This document shows positions 43,101 to 56,518 of a stretch of DNA of 64,000 nucleotides, one piece after another; the stretch's first letter is position 1, and each line of letters begins with the position of its first letter. This stretch comes from Selaginella moellendorffii (lineage: Eukaryota; Plantae; Lycopodiophyta). The position numbers and the translations under genes were made by a program. The DNA lies in contig NW_003314304.1 of the NCBI RefSeq assembly GCF_000143415.4, forward strand, positions 1,174,047-1,238,046, written 5' to 3'. A model generated the notes under the pieces. It was given only the letters and a program-made list of their open reading frames with translations. It was not told the DNA's origin and made no database searches.

Positions 43101-44859
43101 AGATGAGAGAAATACGGATCGGAAAACTTGTCGAAGTCGAAATCAAAGCTGGAGTTGTTGTCGTCAGAGTTGGAACTGAGGCGACCACGATACAAGTTAT
43201 CCAATCAATCTCCGGATTGAAAGCCTCAAACCAAGGAAGACCAAGAATAACCAGAGTGTCAGGAATTGAAGTGATGTTGAAGGAAACCGTGCATGAGATA
43301 CTACCGAGGGAGACCTTGAGAGGCACCGTTTCTTCAGTAATATCGCTGGATGTCATAGGCCTACCGTCCGCAACTGTCAACCCAATTGGATCAGAACGGA
43401 GACGAAGCTTCAGATTATGTTATAAGATAAAATGTCGATCAATCAAATTGCCAGTGGCGCCACTGTCGAGGAGTGCCGCAACATGAATTTGACAACCGTC
43501 GGAGCTAGAAATTCGGATTTGACAAAGAAAGGGCTTACTAGTGCTAGTGGCCGGAATAGGGCAACTTCCGAGGGCGAACTTTTCGGAGCAGACTTACGCC
43601 TGTCCAGCCGAAATGCTCCTATTCAGACTGGACCTCCTCTTTTCCCGACTCGACGGAGGGAGCATCCACAACCCGAGCTTGAATGCGTTGCCGATTAGGG
43701 CACCCAGGAATCCGATGTCCCGCTCCACCACAATATAGACACAAATTGGCTTGAAGGGTTCGATGTTTCTCGGTGGGACTGAGGGGACCACGAGGACGAA
43801 GCGTATCAACTTACATCGGCTCAGTTTCTTGAGGTGGGGTTGTAGTTTCTTTAGAACCCTGACTTGGTTGAACCGAAACTCGGAGGGCGGACCGTGATCG
43901 TTTCTCTTGACGCCGTTTGAAGAGCTGATTGTCGCATCAAATTGCTTGGGCGATGGCATTCTCAAGAGAGTCAGGGTCGGCGAACGTAATGAGTAGATCC
44001 TTGACATCGTCTCGAAGACGTTCACGGAAGTGATTGCGGAGAGCCGCGTTGTCCCAACTAATGTCGCAAGCTATTTGCCGAAACTCGGAGGCGGAACGGG
44101 AACTTTGACGAAGTCGTCGAAGCTTGTTTGATGCCGTGCGCTCGCGATCCACGTCACCAAAAGCCGCTTCAAACTCTTGGTAAAAAGCATTCCATGAATC
44201 AAGTAACGTTGAATCCTTCTCAAGTAGAGGAGCAAACCACTTCAAAGCTGACCCGGTGAGGAGAGTTCCCACGAGACCCACTTGTAAAGCCGCTGTCAGG
44301 TACCAATGAGAATGGAGACGAAACACCAACTTGACTTGATTCACAAAACCCCGAAATTGAGAGCGTTTGCCATCAAACTTGGCTGGTAAGCTGACTTTTG
44401 GTTCTGGAGGACGAGATGTAGACGATGATTGTTGTAAGACCTGCTGGAGTCATTGATTCTCGAGTTGTAACTGCTGGAGTTGCTGCGTGAGTTGCTCGAT
44501 CGAAACCATGCCGAGAACTTGAAGACAAGAGCAAGAAGGGATTCTGATTCAAACTGTCAGGAACCAAGCCGCAGGGACCGGAAACAAGCTGAACTTGATT
44601 ACTGGAGAAGAATAAGGACAAGACAAAAAGGCTTAGTTCCTAGACTGGCGTTGAACCAGAATGCTTAACCCTATATCCTATCCTCCTTTATATAACATAA
44701 AAGGAAGCCAAAATTGGACTTAGGCTATTTTGGCCCTTAACCTTGGTTTAAGCTTAAACCGAGTTTAGCTGTTAACCTTGCTTCCGTGTGACGATTAGGT
44801 CAGTCGGTCGTCGGTCAACGGTCAACTCTTGGTCAACGGTCAACGGTCAGATCGTCACA
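40113..44859 (-). mobile_element. Degenerate Tcn1-like chromovirus (gag-PR-RT-RH-INT-chromodomain)
   Basis: 5' LTR about 44555-44859 (TGTGA...TGACA); [18 protein letters not shown] and YLDDIL with the MPFGL region deleted near 42570; RH ETDASNF/DKELLAI; INT ISMDFV; chromodomain EYEVNEILDSK..YLVDWVGY; PPT gaaggaggggaggtgg before a truncated 3' LTR at 40113-40156. Confidence 0.9.
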
Positions 44860-46565
44860 TTCCGTGTTACGAACACGGCCGGGATCCCGGCCGTGTTCAC
44901 CGTGTTTCACGAACACGGCCATGGGTCGTGTTCCCACGGCCGTGTTCGTGAACAGTGGTCCGTGTTACTAACACGGACCACTGTTCAGAATATTCTCGTG
45001 CAGAATATTCTGGTTTTAGGGCGCACGGCATCACATGACAATCCAGCCAGGGCACACCATTTCAGGGCACAACAGCAGCAATCCAAGGCAAACAAGCATG
45101 GCGTAGCAATCCAGCATACTGCAAAAGCATCCTTCTTTGCAATGGTGGGATGAGGTAAGTGTTCTTAAGAGCAGGGAGCATGGCCATAAATTATGGTCAT
45201 GCAAATACTGCCCAATGGTGAACAAACTAAGTGGTGTTGATCGTGTGCGAGCTCATCTGTTAGGAGAAGGCCCAGGCAGCAAGGATATTGTGAGTTGTCC
45301 TCTCATCCCAGGTAACAAGAAAGCGGATCTGCTCAATATGCAAAAGGTTATTGATTCCGAGAAAGGGGCAAGGGGGAAGAAACGGCTGAATGAATCTGGT
45401 GGTGCTTCTATGAGAATGGATGGCAATGTCCAAGGATTTCCACCGGTGGTATCATCCCAGTCAAGTGGAAGTGGCTGCAGTTCCCTGTTTTTTAGCAAAC
45501 AGAGTCAAGTCCATATTGTTGATTCGATGGATCCTGAGCGGAAGAACAGAGTTGATGTGGCTATCGGAAGATTTTTCTGGAATGAACACATTCCATTTGT
45601 CAAGGCTCGGTCACCTTACTTCCTCAACATGATACAGGAAGTTGCCAGGCATGGTGTGCCTTTGATGCACCACCAAAATATGATGATCTCCGGGATAAGC
45701 TTTTGGTGAAAGAGAAACGATTCATTGACATTGAGATGGCGTCCTTGAGGAAGCAGTGGGAGCAGAGGGGTGCAACCATATGCGCAGACGGGTGGGCAGA
45801 TAGCAGGAATCGGCATATCATGGGGCTTGTGGCATATAGTCAAGGACGAGGAGCTTTTTTGAAGGCTATCAACATTTCCTTAACAGAAAAAACAGCTGAA
45901 AATACTCTGCGCTGCTGGGAAGAAGGCATTAACATTGTAGGTGCAGAGAACATTGTCATGGTTGTGACCGATGGGGAAAATGCAAACAGAGCAGCAGCAG
46001 CACTTTTGCAACAGAGGTACCCGAAAATTCAATGGGTAGCATGTTTTGCCCATTGCTTGAACAATGCCTTGAAAGACTTCGGTGTACTTCCATGGATGGC
46101 AACACTTCTGGAGCGTGGAAAATCTTTGGTGATCTTCGTTAGAAACCACTCTCATATAGTGGCACTGCTGGCGGAGTTTACTCACAAGCGATTGCTGCGT
46201 TATTGTGATACCAGCTTCGGCTACAACTTCATTATGATGGAGAGGCTGGTGGAGCTCCGAGAAGCTTTACAACAGATGTTCGTATGCCCTGCGTACAGAG
46301 CAAGGCCTGAGTCGAAGTCGAGAGTAGGAAGGGACAGTTATGCAACGGTTTTTGATGACAGTTTCTGGCAACAGGTTAAGGACATGCTAGAGGTGTCCAA
46401 GGATGTTATGCTGCTTCTTCGTGTTGTGGACGGTGATATACCTGCGATTGGAAAGATATATGAGTGCATGAACAGGTTGGATGCAAGTTTAGAGGAAGGA
46501 CAGTCGGATTATGGCAGGTACAGGGAACTTCATCAGATCATGTCTAATAGGTGGCATGAGTATCA
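44860..46565 (+). mobile_element. Truncated hAT-superfamily transposase (BED finger + DUF659-type catalytic region)
   Basis: Subterminal aacacgg/ccgtgtt repeats at 44862-44977; WSCKYC...RVRAHL BED finger; ADGWAD, VVTDG, WVACFAHCLN; frameshift near 45690; dimerisation domain missing. Confidence 0.88.
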
Positions 46566-46568
46566 ACC

Positions 46569-47348
46569 AGAACTCCTGACCGATAGAGGAAGAAGAAACT
46601 GGTAGTTTAGAGGGATCCTGAAAAGATATAGGCAATATTTTTCAATGCTCATACCAGTGATGTCTCTCGACGACGAGACAACTACTTCAACATTTGGTGT
46701 TCAAGAAGGTGAACTTCATTATAGCCGTTGACAGACAAATGAAGGCGTTCAACCCGAATCTCTCAGAAATGACAATTAACGGGAAAGAAGATACAGAAAG
46801 AAAACCAGAAAGGAATCATGACTCAAATGAGGACTCTATACCCCACATACTCAAGAAACTTCTCAAAGGCAAAAACCAAAAAACAAAACCAAAGTATTCG
46901 GAACTGAAACCCGGAGTCTGGTCCACGAAATGCAAAACCGAAGGTCATGCATCCAATCCAATGAATGCAGATTTCAAGTACCTCGATGCCAAATATGTGA
47001 CAGAGAAGGTCACACAGTACAAACTTGTTGACAGCGATGTATACTGAAGTCCAACAAGTGTCAAATTTCAATCGTCAAGATAATTGGCCTTCATATCTGA
47101 ATGATCAGCCGAAGTATCCGAATGATAGGAACGCATGGAGCTACCGAGGACAACCTCAAAATGATCGAAGAAGGGATGATTATCACAAACCTTATGGCAA
47201 TCCATATGGCCAACTAAACCAGCAATATACAAACCATGGCTATCAAGGCCAACCTTATCAACAAGCACCAAATTACCAACAATATGAGAGGATGATGCAG
47301 CCGCAACTACGCAGCTATCAAGACGCTAAAAATACAAATCAGAATCGA
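46569..47348 (+). mobile_element. Degenerate gag fragment of the family at 5884
   Basis: ELLTDRGRRNW, DDETTTS, HDSNEDSIPHILKKLLKGKN, MYTEVQQVSNFN; collinear with about 6490-7290. Confidence 0.9.
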
Positions 47349-47349
47349 A

Positions 47350-48810
47350 AACTGACTTCTTGTTCTGTTTGCAATCATCATCGTGTTCAAGCTTTATGAC
47401 TGGGAAGAACTTTTTGAAATCCTTTGCTGGAGGCAGTTCTTTGATTACACTCTTTGGGCATGTTGGTGGTGGAATTTAAGGAACCTTTGAGTCAATTGGA
47501 GGAGGTGAATGAGGCTTGATAGGAGCCTTTGTCTTAGAAATCCTGTAGTGTTTATGAGTTTGTTTTTATTTTTTTATTTTTTTAATTTATAAATTCTTTG
47601 TTTTCTTGGAGTTTTAAACTTGTGTTCTTGCAGGTGATTACCGACAACGTTGGAGACAATGTTGGAGGCAATGTTGGAGATATAGCCAGAATGGGATTGG
47701 ATCTTTTTGGCTCATTTAACAAGTCTTCCTGTGCTAATCTGGTAGTTTCATCAATGTCATCTTTTGGTACTGAGTTTGATTTTGTAGCAATGAATCATAC
47801 TTGCGTCCGAACATTCGAATGCAACCGGATTCGAATGGGTATCGAACGTTGAATACCTGTTTAGCTGTTTTCAGTTTTAATATAATTAAAAAAATAGTTT
47901 ACTGTTACTAAACAAAGTTTAACATAATATAATACAGGTTTAATCTAATCTTCATCCTCCGAATCTAGAACATCATCACCACTAGCGCCGTCGTCATCAG
48001 GTTGTTGAAGAGGTTCTTCAATAACCTCCTGAAGTGCAAGGATCCTTTGCCACTGAGGCTCAAGGTTATCAAGATCATGCTCGATAAGCCTCAAACTCCC
48101 GGACTCGATCTAATGTAAACTTGCCGGTGTAAGTATTCGAGCAATACTTACACTTCCATGGACTCACGCCATGGCTTGTCTTGGATGTCGCCCTCAGTTT
48201 TAGAACATGAGCCCAGTTCTAGCATGGCTGCCTTCCTCCCCCCATCCCGGACTTACCTCAGCGCTTCCGGATCCCGCAGACCCTAATTTTACATGAACCC
48301 TAATCCTAAGTAAAAGAAAGCATATTCTTTACGGTTTTTTTATAAATATTCTTGGTGTTTAAATGCCGTATTATACGTGCATTTTAAAAGGTATTTTTTT
48401 ATTAATCGTACCTGTTCGAATGCAAGTATGCAATGAATTTTCTGCTTTTGATCAGTGCAATGGGAATTCTTATTTGCTTAATCACTGCTTTATTTACCAC
48501 AAGCTTCTTGGTCATCAAATCAGTGAAAGAGATTGAGCTAACTCTGAAGAAGAAGCTCATAATCTCAACACTGCTTATGACTGTTTAAATCAGCATGATC
48601 TGCTTTTTGGCTCTTCCGAAAACATTCACTATAACTGTAATTGTTCATGAGCCCAAGCTTGTCAAGAACTGGTAAGCCGTCCAGTATTAGCTTCATCAAA
48701 TCTTGCTTTGATTTTCTACAAGCATATGTTTTTCTCAGTAGGATCCGGACTCTGGGCTGGACTGATTATTGGATATGTCACAGAATTTTATACCTCAAAT
48801 GCTTATAAGT
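47350..48810 (+). pseudogene. Vacuolar-type H+-pyrophosphatase (AVP1-like) pseudogene fragment, 3 exons
   Basis: LFGHVGGGI; [27 protein letters not shown]; LLISAMGILICLIT...VKEIE; [20 protein letters not shown]; stops, deletions and a hAT insertion. Confidence 0.88.
47796..48430 (-). mobile_element. Non-autonomous hAT element (635 bp)
   Basis: TIRs catacttgcgtccgaaca / tgttcgaatgcaagtatg; perfect 8-bp TSD CAATGAAT (47788-95, 48431-38); acidic transposase-tail-like remnant on the minus strand at about 47945-48120. Confidence 0.88.
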
Positions 48811-49464
48811 AATATTTTCTAATGTCTTGTACATCATCATCCCATGTTTTACCTAGTATGGGCCCTTGCCCTTATCATCACCATGATAAGCTCATGAATC
48901 TCCAGGCTCACCCCAGTTATTGCAGGCTCCCTTAGCCACTCTATCCACATCTCATTCCATACATTACCACAAGTTTCTTCCAACTAATCATCCAGCCATT
49001 GTCACCGAAAGTTGAACTTTCTATAATATTTGTCTTGCCCAGTTTTAGATTATCTCAAAATTGAACATTGCCAAGGTGTTCAACCACCTTAGTTGTTTGT
49101 TATAGAGCTTCGCTTAGTCAAGGAAAATATTATAATGTGACATGGTACGTATATACCTTGTCATTGGGTTAACTGTTATGCTTGTCAAACTCCTGAAAGT
49201 TCAAAAGAAGCAAAAAACTAGATGAGAAATTGCTAAGGCAACTATGACTTAGCACTGTGATGTTTGTGTGATGTCGAAGGCTGCTTAGTGACAAGCTTGG
49301 TGGATGAGAAAAAAATTGCACTAGTTGGACTTACGGTTGATAATGTTTGAGTGTTGGCAGGGTTAGAATTTAGAGCAATAAACGTGATAGGGTTACTCGC
49401 GTAAATCCGAGTCAAATGAAATATAACATCATATTTTCTTCCCATATTAAATCGAAGTCCCGAA

Positions 49465-49944
49465 TGTTGATGTGTCAGGAGTGCTGATGAACCAGGAGAG
49501 GTGATGTGTCAACACCATTAAGACCTGAAAAAAATCATAAATAAAGCAAATATATATCATAGCCTAAAACGTACGTTCCATATAACCTAGGTGGGATGTT
49601 CTATGGAAAGTAACAAAAAAAAGTATATGAGCAAGGAGTTGTTAATGCAAAACTTGAAGCTAGTCTCCTATTTGTACTCAAAGCTCACATAAATTCTAGC
49701 TACCCCGAGGTCACACAGTCACTTTGCCTTTATTTTTCAATATTACTCGTACTGCTCAGGTACACCAAAGTGCTCAAGGCCCTGACCCCAACACTTAGTA
49801 TTTTCAGGTTAGCAGTTGTGTTTTCTGGAAAGTTGAAAAAACTTCACTAGGGAGTTAGATGAATACTTTGTTCCGTTTGCTCAACCTGCCCCTTTTTATA
49901 TAAGGTAAGATCAAAGTGAGCTGTATAACACTTAGTATCAGAGC
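49465..49944 (+). mobile_element. Possible old LTR followed by a tRNA-Met PBS
   Basis: TGTT...TAACA, then ct-tagtatcagagc (one mismatch to TGGTATCAGAGC); no partner LTR found, so the left edge is a guess. Confidence 0.3.
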
Positions 49945-52900
49945 GTTTGTTACAGCGAATCAATTGCATTTCTCTTATGAACAATGACTTTGGAATTTTC
50001 GGATTAATTTGGAAAGTGTAACCCGTTGTGCAGTAGCGTATCTTGGACGTTTAATGAGCAGAGGAAAAGCTCTAGGAGTAACATCAAATTAAAGGATCAC
50101 AGTTGAGGATGTCAATTGAGAATGAAGATCCATACGCTCTGCAAATTTGTTTACGTAGTCTAATAACCCAAGGGACTGCTGAAGAGCTTGCAACTCTACT
50201 TGTAGGTGTAATCCCAACCAATGCTTGAGCTTCATCAATGCAACTGACTAACATATTCTTGTGTGGAAGATTTTGTACGCTGGTTACCATCACGCCTTTT
50301 TGTGCACTTGCAGTTAGGTTGACAGCTTAAGGAAAACTTGATTTTCATTGGAGTTTATGTAGATCTTTCTGAGTTTTCAGGTAAGTGCAAGATGCTTTTT
50401 TGATATGTTCACCAAAAAATAACCAGGGCGTTTAGGGCAGCACCGGTTTTGTCGGCCAGGAATCAAGATGCAGGAATTGAGTAGCGCTTTATATGGACGC
50501 GGGCAGACAAGCAGCAGCCACCCGCGGCAGCGAGATGACCTCTGTTCTCCTCTAAACAAACTTGAAAATTGTATTCTTTAATCTTGACCGTTCATCATTC
50601 ATCAATTGATCATAAACTCGTCATCTTTGAAAATCTGCATCTTAGCTCCAAACCACCTGTTCTTTAGCTTGATTAGAAGTTTTTGAATTGGTCTTTAATT
50701 TATTTGTTAGAGATATTGTTCAGTTTTTGATCATGTGCTCACCATTCCTTCTGAACTCTGTGTCAATCCGTAAAGTTGATTGGAAATTTAATAACTTATA
50801 TTTGAACTGTGATTGCTTTAATGTTGAGCTCATCTGAAAGATCTTCATCTTAGTTTTTTGCTGTATACTCTTGCACTCCAGTTTGACATTCCAGCCATGA
50901 GTTATGACTTATGCACCATTAAGTCATTTATTTGACTTCGAACAACATGTTTTCTGGCTGTTTTTGATGTCTTTGCAATTTGCACCACCAAAATCCTCTC
51001 AACATTAAAGAGCAACATGAATCTGTCAATGAAATCCGTATACATTTAGATCAATCAAATCACTTTGGAATCTTCCAAGAGATAAATTGGGATGTAGAAG
51101 AAATCACTAACTCTCTCCAATTCCATGATCTGTGTGTAGACGAAATCTCTAATCAGTTAGATTGTGCACTCATATTCCAATTAGCCAACAGGGTAATGGT
51201 ATATTTAATTCTTTAGGAATATTGTTTTTCATTGCATTGTGGATGTCAAGATGCATTGATTTCCTCAAGGGATATTGAAGATCATCACCTTTTTGATACA
51301 GGAACAGGGTATGGTTATTAATATTTATGATTTTCATCATTCTTGATCCGACTAGTGAAAACTGATAGCTGTTGTTTCAAGTGTGGTTATTAAATACTAG
51401 ATAATCTGTGAGTGTGATAGCAGTAGCTCCATCTAATTAATTGACCATTTTCTCCAGTAATCGTATTCTGTTCTTACTCGAGTAAATGAGTTCAGCAAAG
51501 ATCAATTTATTTAATATTAATGACATCTAAAATGTTAAATGGCAAAAATGGTTTAACAGATTTACCAAAGGAATCTAAAATGTAAAAACACCTAAACAAA
51601 AAAAGAACTTTGCCCAGCATTTCTTTGTCAGAGTTTAGAATAGAATATTCATGAAATATTTTAAAATATTCTGTCTCTGAAAACTCATGTTTAGGGCAAA
51701 AAATTTCAAAATCTTAAAAAGAGAATGCTGTAATACATTCCTTCCTCCAGAATGGTGCAAACTTTTACACCAGTTGTGCTGGAAGAAAAATCCTGCCACT
51801 TGAATGGTGCGGGTTTTGTTTATTAGTTTTTTTAAAGTATAATTTTTGAAAAGGGACATCCCTACAAAAAAACACAAATAGAATATTCATATGGATATTC
51901 TTAAGCTCGTTGACCTGCACTTAAATTTCTTCTACTGTTTTATGAGGATTTTTGAATTAGTATGATGATCGCTAGATCATGGCTCTACTCTCTCAAACAA
52001 TATTAATAAATCTTCATCAATTGGAATCACTCTCATTGAATAATTTGAAAAGAAAAATCATTCAAGCATTAGATCAAAACAAGCAAGAATCACTTTGATT
52101 TACTATCGAGAGAAGATGAAGATGAAGAAATAAGATACAGATTGTTATTAAATTCCCAGGTGAGAAATGCCTGTTATCTAACACCATAGATAAGAAAATA
52201 AGTTAGAACAAGTTCCTTTGTTGAAAACTGGGTGTCGAAGATATTTTTCCCCTTATTATTGCTGTCAATGGTTTCACTTCACTTAGTCAAGCTCCTCTGA
52301 AACAGAAGCTTAGTGTACCTTAGTTGCACGAAGACGATTTGCGTTATTAGTCTCCCCCTTTCCGATTCAAACAGGGCAAAAGATCTTTGTGGACATAAGA
52401 TGAGTGCTTGTGTTTAGGAGATTTAGGCATTCAGCAGCAACCAGAACGAGGCCCTTTATCATACCTGCTACTTCCAAAACCTTATGCACCATATCCCTTC
52501 CTCCTCACCTTTGCTCTCGTGGGGTTGTTTCTATCAAATCGTTTTCTTTGTAGTTGTCCTTATATATCATTGTTATGAATGTTTCAAATTTGCACACTAT
52601 GTCTCACAAATGTTTTTAAATTAATATATTCTGAAAAGGTAACGTGTCCACCTCAGGAGATTATTTAATTGGGTTGGGATGCTGAAGTGTCCAGTAGTTA
52701 TGACAACGTGTTTAGGGGGCTCAAGAGGCATCATCTTTTCAGCATTTAATGTTTCTCAGGCATATGACATGATCATTTGGCTGACTGGATTTTCTTCTCA
52801 CTTAATTGGCAAAAATACTGGAGTATACTCCTGAATTTGCAAGGAAACAAAAACCTATTACAAAACACCACTCAAGTTTTCAAGGGAAACTATATTAAAA

Positions 52901-54048
52901 GCCTTGAAGTTAAAATTTACCCCTTTGGGTAAGGGACATTTTAGCTTTTATGTATTTCTATACCTCCCCACATGGAAAATGCGGCCCTATACGAACTAAG
53001 AATTATAATTTACTCAGATTTGCTATATTTTAATATTAAGAACAACCAAAAATTATAACTTTTTGTTGGGATTTTTAGTAGAATTGTTATCTAAATTCTT
53101 AAAATCTTATTATTATACATCACAATGATCTCTTTTGCTTGGGAGCGAACTTGCGAAAATGCTCATCGTCTCCGTTCTGGCGAAGTTTCTGAGCAAGAAC
53201 TTCAGAAACCTCTGAATCGTTAGCCTTGGAAGCATCTTCATTCCGAGCCATGATTGAATCGTTGAGGCTCGCCACCTCTTTCGGGCCTCTTCTAGCAACC
53301 GCCTCTTGCAATCCTTCAGATCATGGCAGAGTTATTAGCCTCACTGGACGAGGTGTCGCTTGGCAAGAGTGGTGATGCCCGAATTCTGCAGCCTCAAAGT
53401 TTTCGGAGCAGCATTTTTTAATTCATCGGCTCTCTGCTCTCCGACTCTAGTGTCGAGGCCCCCTCGTTCACATCGGCGTGTGCATCAGAGAAGCCGCTCG
53501 CAACATTCTGGGACCTTTTGGTTTCCTCATCTTCTGATGCGCTCTTGCTCTTGCCGGCTAGAATAACTTCATTCGTCGTTTGCACCTTTTCACAGGGGTT
53601 CAAGAGAAGTGTTTTTCTTGGTTTTTGCCAAATGAAGGAACGAACTGCGCCTGTGGGCAAGTGAAACCAGAGTTTGTAAGTTAATTGGCACCAATCCATT
53701 AGCAAGTCTTGTCCATGGGAAGCCTGTCTTGCTTCTTGCGGGTTATGTTGCTTCTTTTGCAAAAGCCCTGATGCAAAGCGCACTAGCGTTTTCTTTCAAT
53801 CTCAACACAGTGATCTACATACTGGTCAAGAGCCTGCGCAGCCAAAACTCTGTCAATGTCAACCTATTGATCACAATTTAAGCAATCACACCTGATGTGA
53901 ATGCCAAAATTGTGATATCCAACATATTAAAAAGGAAAACCAAATGGGAACAACACACACCCCAAAAGTAAGTTTGTGAGCTCGATAATATTTTAATATG
54001 TACCCGTTCAATTTAGAAGTTTTAGGGTTCTTAGGGCTGTTGGTCGCG

Positions 54049-55752
54049 ATGGGGAAGCGCAAGAGCGTGAGGTGAGTTTGCTATGCGCCGCAACTTGTTT
54101 CCGATGCTCTGCTCTTCAGGAATTGTCTGCGAAGTGCGGTAGGGCTGGATCGGACGGACTGGGACTTGGAACAGGTTAGCGAGGATGAGATCTCGGCGAT
54201 GAAAGGGGCGACGCTCAAAGAAATTCTCAGCGCGCTGGGGCTGCCAAAATCTGGCAGCGGGCACGAGCTCCGGGCACGAGTTCTGGAAGCAAAACGAGCT
54301 TCTGCTACAAACGTGCAGGTGGGCGCGACGAAATCTGTTGTGCTGGAGTCTGCTGTTGTGTCGAATGTCCCTTCTATTGCACCGAAGCAGTCGGATTCTA
54401 CCAGCTTGGCAGCGACGAAGAAAAAGAAGAAGTGGGCTGTGACCGATCCGTTAGAGATTCCGCCAAACTGTTACCACAAAGACGTGTTCCAGGCGTGCTT
54501 TCCACTCGTGGAGATTGTCGAGGTTCCCAAAGGCCGGGAGTTTCCAGTGGCAGTGAACAAGTTTAGTGAACCAGTGCTAGACACAGAGGTGACCAGGGAA
54601 GCAAGAAGGATGTGGACGAGGAGATTCCTGAGCGTCAGTGATGCATACTCTGAGCCCCTCAACGAAAACCAGGCGTTCCCGCTGCACTTTTCGTTTCTGG
54701 AGCCTCTGAAAAAATTCACGAGGCTGTCCCAGGCAGAGTTTACCAAGCACGTCCGTGTGTGTGGGAAGCGGTCACGGGATCACGGGACATCGGGCATGCC
54801 GTCCAAGAGAGGCAAAGTTGATGTAGAGGACAACGCCAGCTTATCCATCCAGATGACGGTCGACCCTGTAAACGAGCTCAATGAAAGTGGCTCCAACAAC
54901 GCAGGCATGGAGATCACGCCAGAAGGGTCAGCAGAGATGACTGGCGACTTGAGGGAAGAGGCGAATGTAGCAACCGGATTCGCAGATGGTCTGATACATG
55001 TATGCGATGAGCGAGCATTTGAGCGAGTCAAGAAAATGGTGGCGACGGAAGAGAAAAGCGTGGAGGAGCTGTCATCTATGGATCCCGACCGCATTGTGGC
55101 GGTTCTCGAGAGGAAGTTTGTTGAAGACAAGCACAAGTTCAATGCGAGATACCAAGGTGGGTTTTACGCGGCCAAGCACTTACTGGTGAACCTGAAAAAC
55201 GGACACGGGCTGCCTGTGTACGTGCTGGTGATGACTTCTCACACTTGGTCTTACGGGATTCTGGTGGCTGAGGGATACGTGACTGTGGGAAGTGATGGTA
55301 GAGTCACCAAGGAGTCGATGAAGCTGTTCAAGGAGCACCAGGCCGTGACTGGGAAATGTTGGCACAGCTTTGACAACCTGCAGTCGATGCTGGCCAAGGG
55401 AACTGAGTTCTACAGGCGGTGCTATGCTGAGAAGCCGGATGCGATCTACCCCCGAGGAGTGATGCTGGTGGGAAAGTTCTACTTGTGCTCGGAGTGGTAT
55501 CGGCTGCCCAGCGTCACGCACTCGGGCACTGTTGCTGACGATTCATTGCGCTTGTTTGATGGCCTGATGAGGCTTGTGTTGGGTGACGTGGTGCTCGGAC
55601 TGACAGCAGAAGATTTGGCTGAGCGGCGGCGTGTGAGAAAGCAAATGCTTGATGAAAAAGAAAAGGTATGCATGCCTTACTAGCATTTTAAAAGCCTTGT
55701 AATCTTGTAGTCGACTGTCTTGAGTGGTGTCCTCGGTTGGGCAAGCATTTGA
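54049..55752 (+). CDS. SAP-domain protein with a putative C-terminal PD-(D/E)xK nuclease-like domain
   Basis: Model: exons 54049-54071, 54120-55665, 55711-55752 with 48- and 45-bp GT-AG introns that keep frame. SAP-like ISAMKGATLKEILSALGLPKSGSGHELRARVL; then GFADG...VLERK...RYQ...PVYVLVMTSHTWSY. Confidence 0.6.
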
Positions 55753-56518
55753 TCCCTAATACAGCCAGCACTTAGCAAGAAATAGAAAGCTCCTCAACGA
55801 TGTATTTGGGATCCGTGTGCTGATTCAAGATGCAAAAAGTTTAATATACCCGACCCTCGTAATTTTTGAAGTTATTATATTGGCCCTGGTCAAATATAGG
55901 GCTTAAACAGAATAAACACATGGTTAACACATTAAGCCCTAAACACCAGCCAAATTCTCTCTCCTCGCACGCTCTATCCCCAGATTGTGACTGGGAACAT
56001 TTGAAACAGCTGAATAACCTGCATTTTGCTTACAATCTGTGAAAAAAACAATATGAACTCATTCTTATTATCAGGGTCGAACGCACAATACATATATTTC
56101 TTGTATATATTGCAAGAGTGAGTGTGAGAGAGGGTTGAGGTTAGACTCTCAACAAGGCCATCTGAGGCCCTCACTGCAGCTTTTGGACGTGTTTTCATGG
56201 GAGCTATGAAGCAAAATGGGGAGCATCCTCACAAAGTTTGTGATAACGAGCAGCTCTTTCTTTAGACCTCGACCACATCCAGGAGTTTCTCCAGGGTCTT
56301 CCCCACACTAGAGGCCGCAATCTTCAGCTTCAAGCTGCCAACCAGCACCTTGGAGCCCTACATTTTTTCACTCGCCATCAACATTTTGATCTCAAGCAGG
56401 ACTGCTCGGTTCTCAGCACTGACTCTTCTGATCAAGCCAGGATCCAGCTGCTCATCATCCACGAGCTCGCAGCTGCGTGCACTGAAATTGACACTTCTGC
56501 CAGTGACCTTTTCCTCGC

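Noticed and set aside
44782-44864. 73-bp TGTGACGAT...ATCGTCACA unit flanked by TTCCG as a separate mini-element
   Set aside because: It matches the start of the 3' LTR next to the PPT (40113-40156) and is contiguous with the rest of the 5' LTR; the right flank belongs to the ccgtgtt hAT repeats. It is more simply the LTR's U3 end, though this is not fully excluded.
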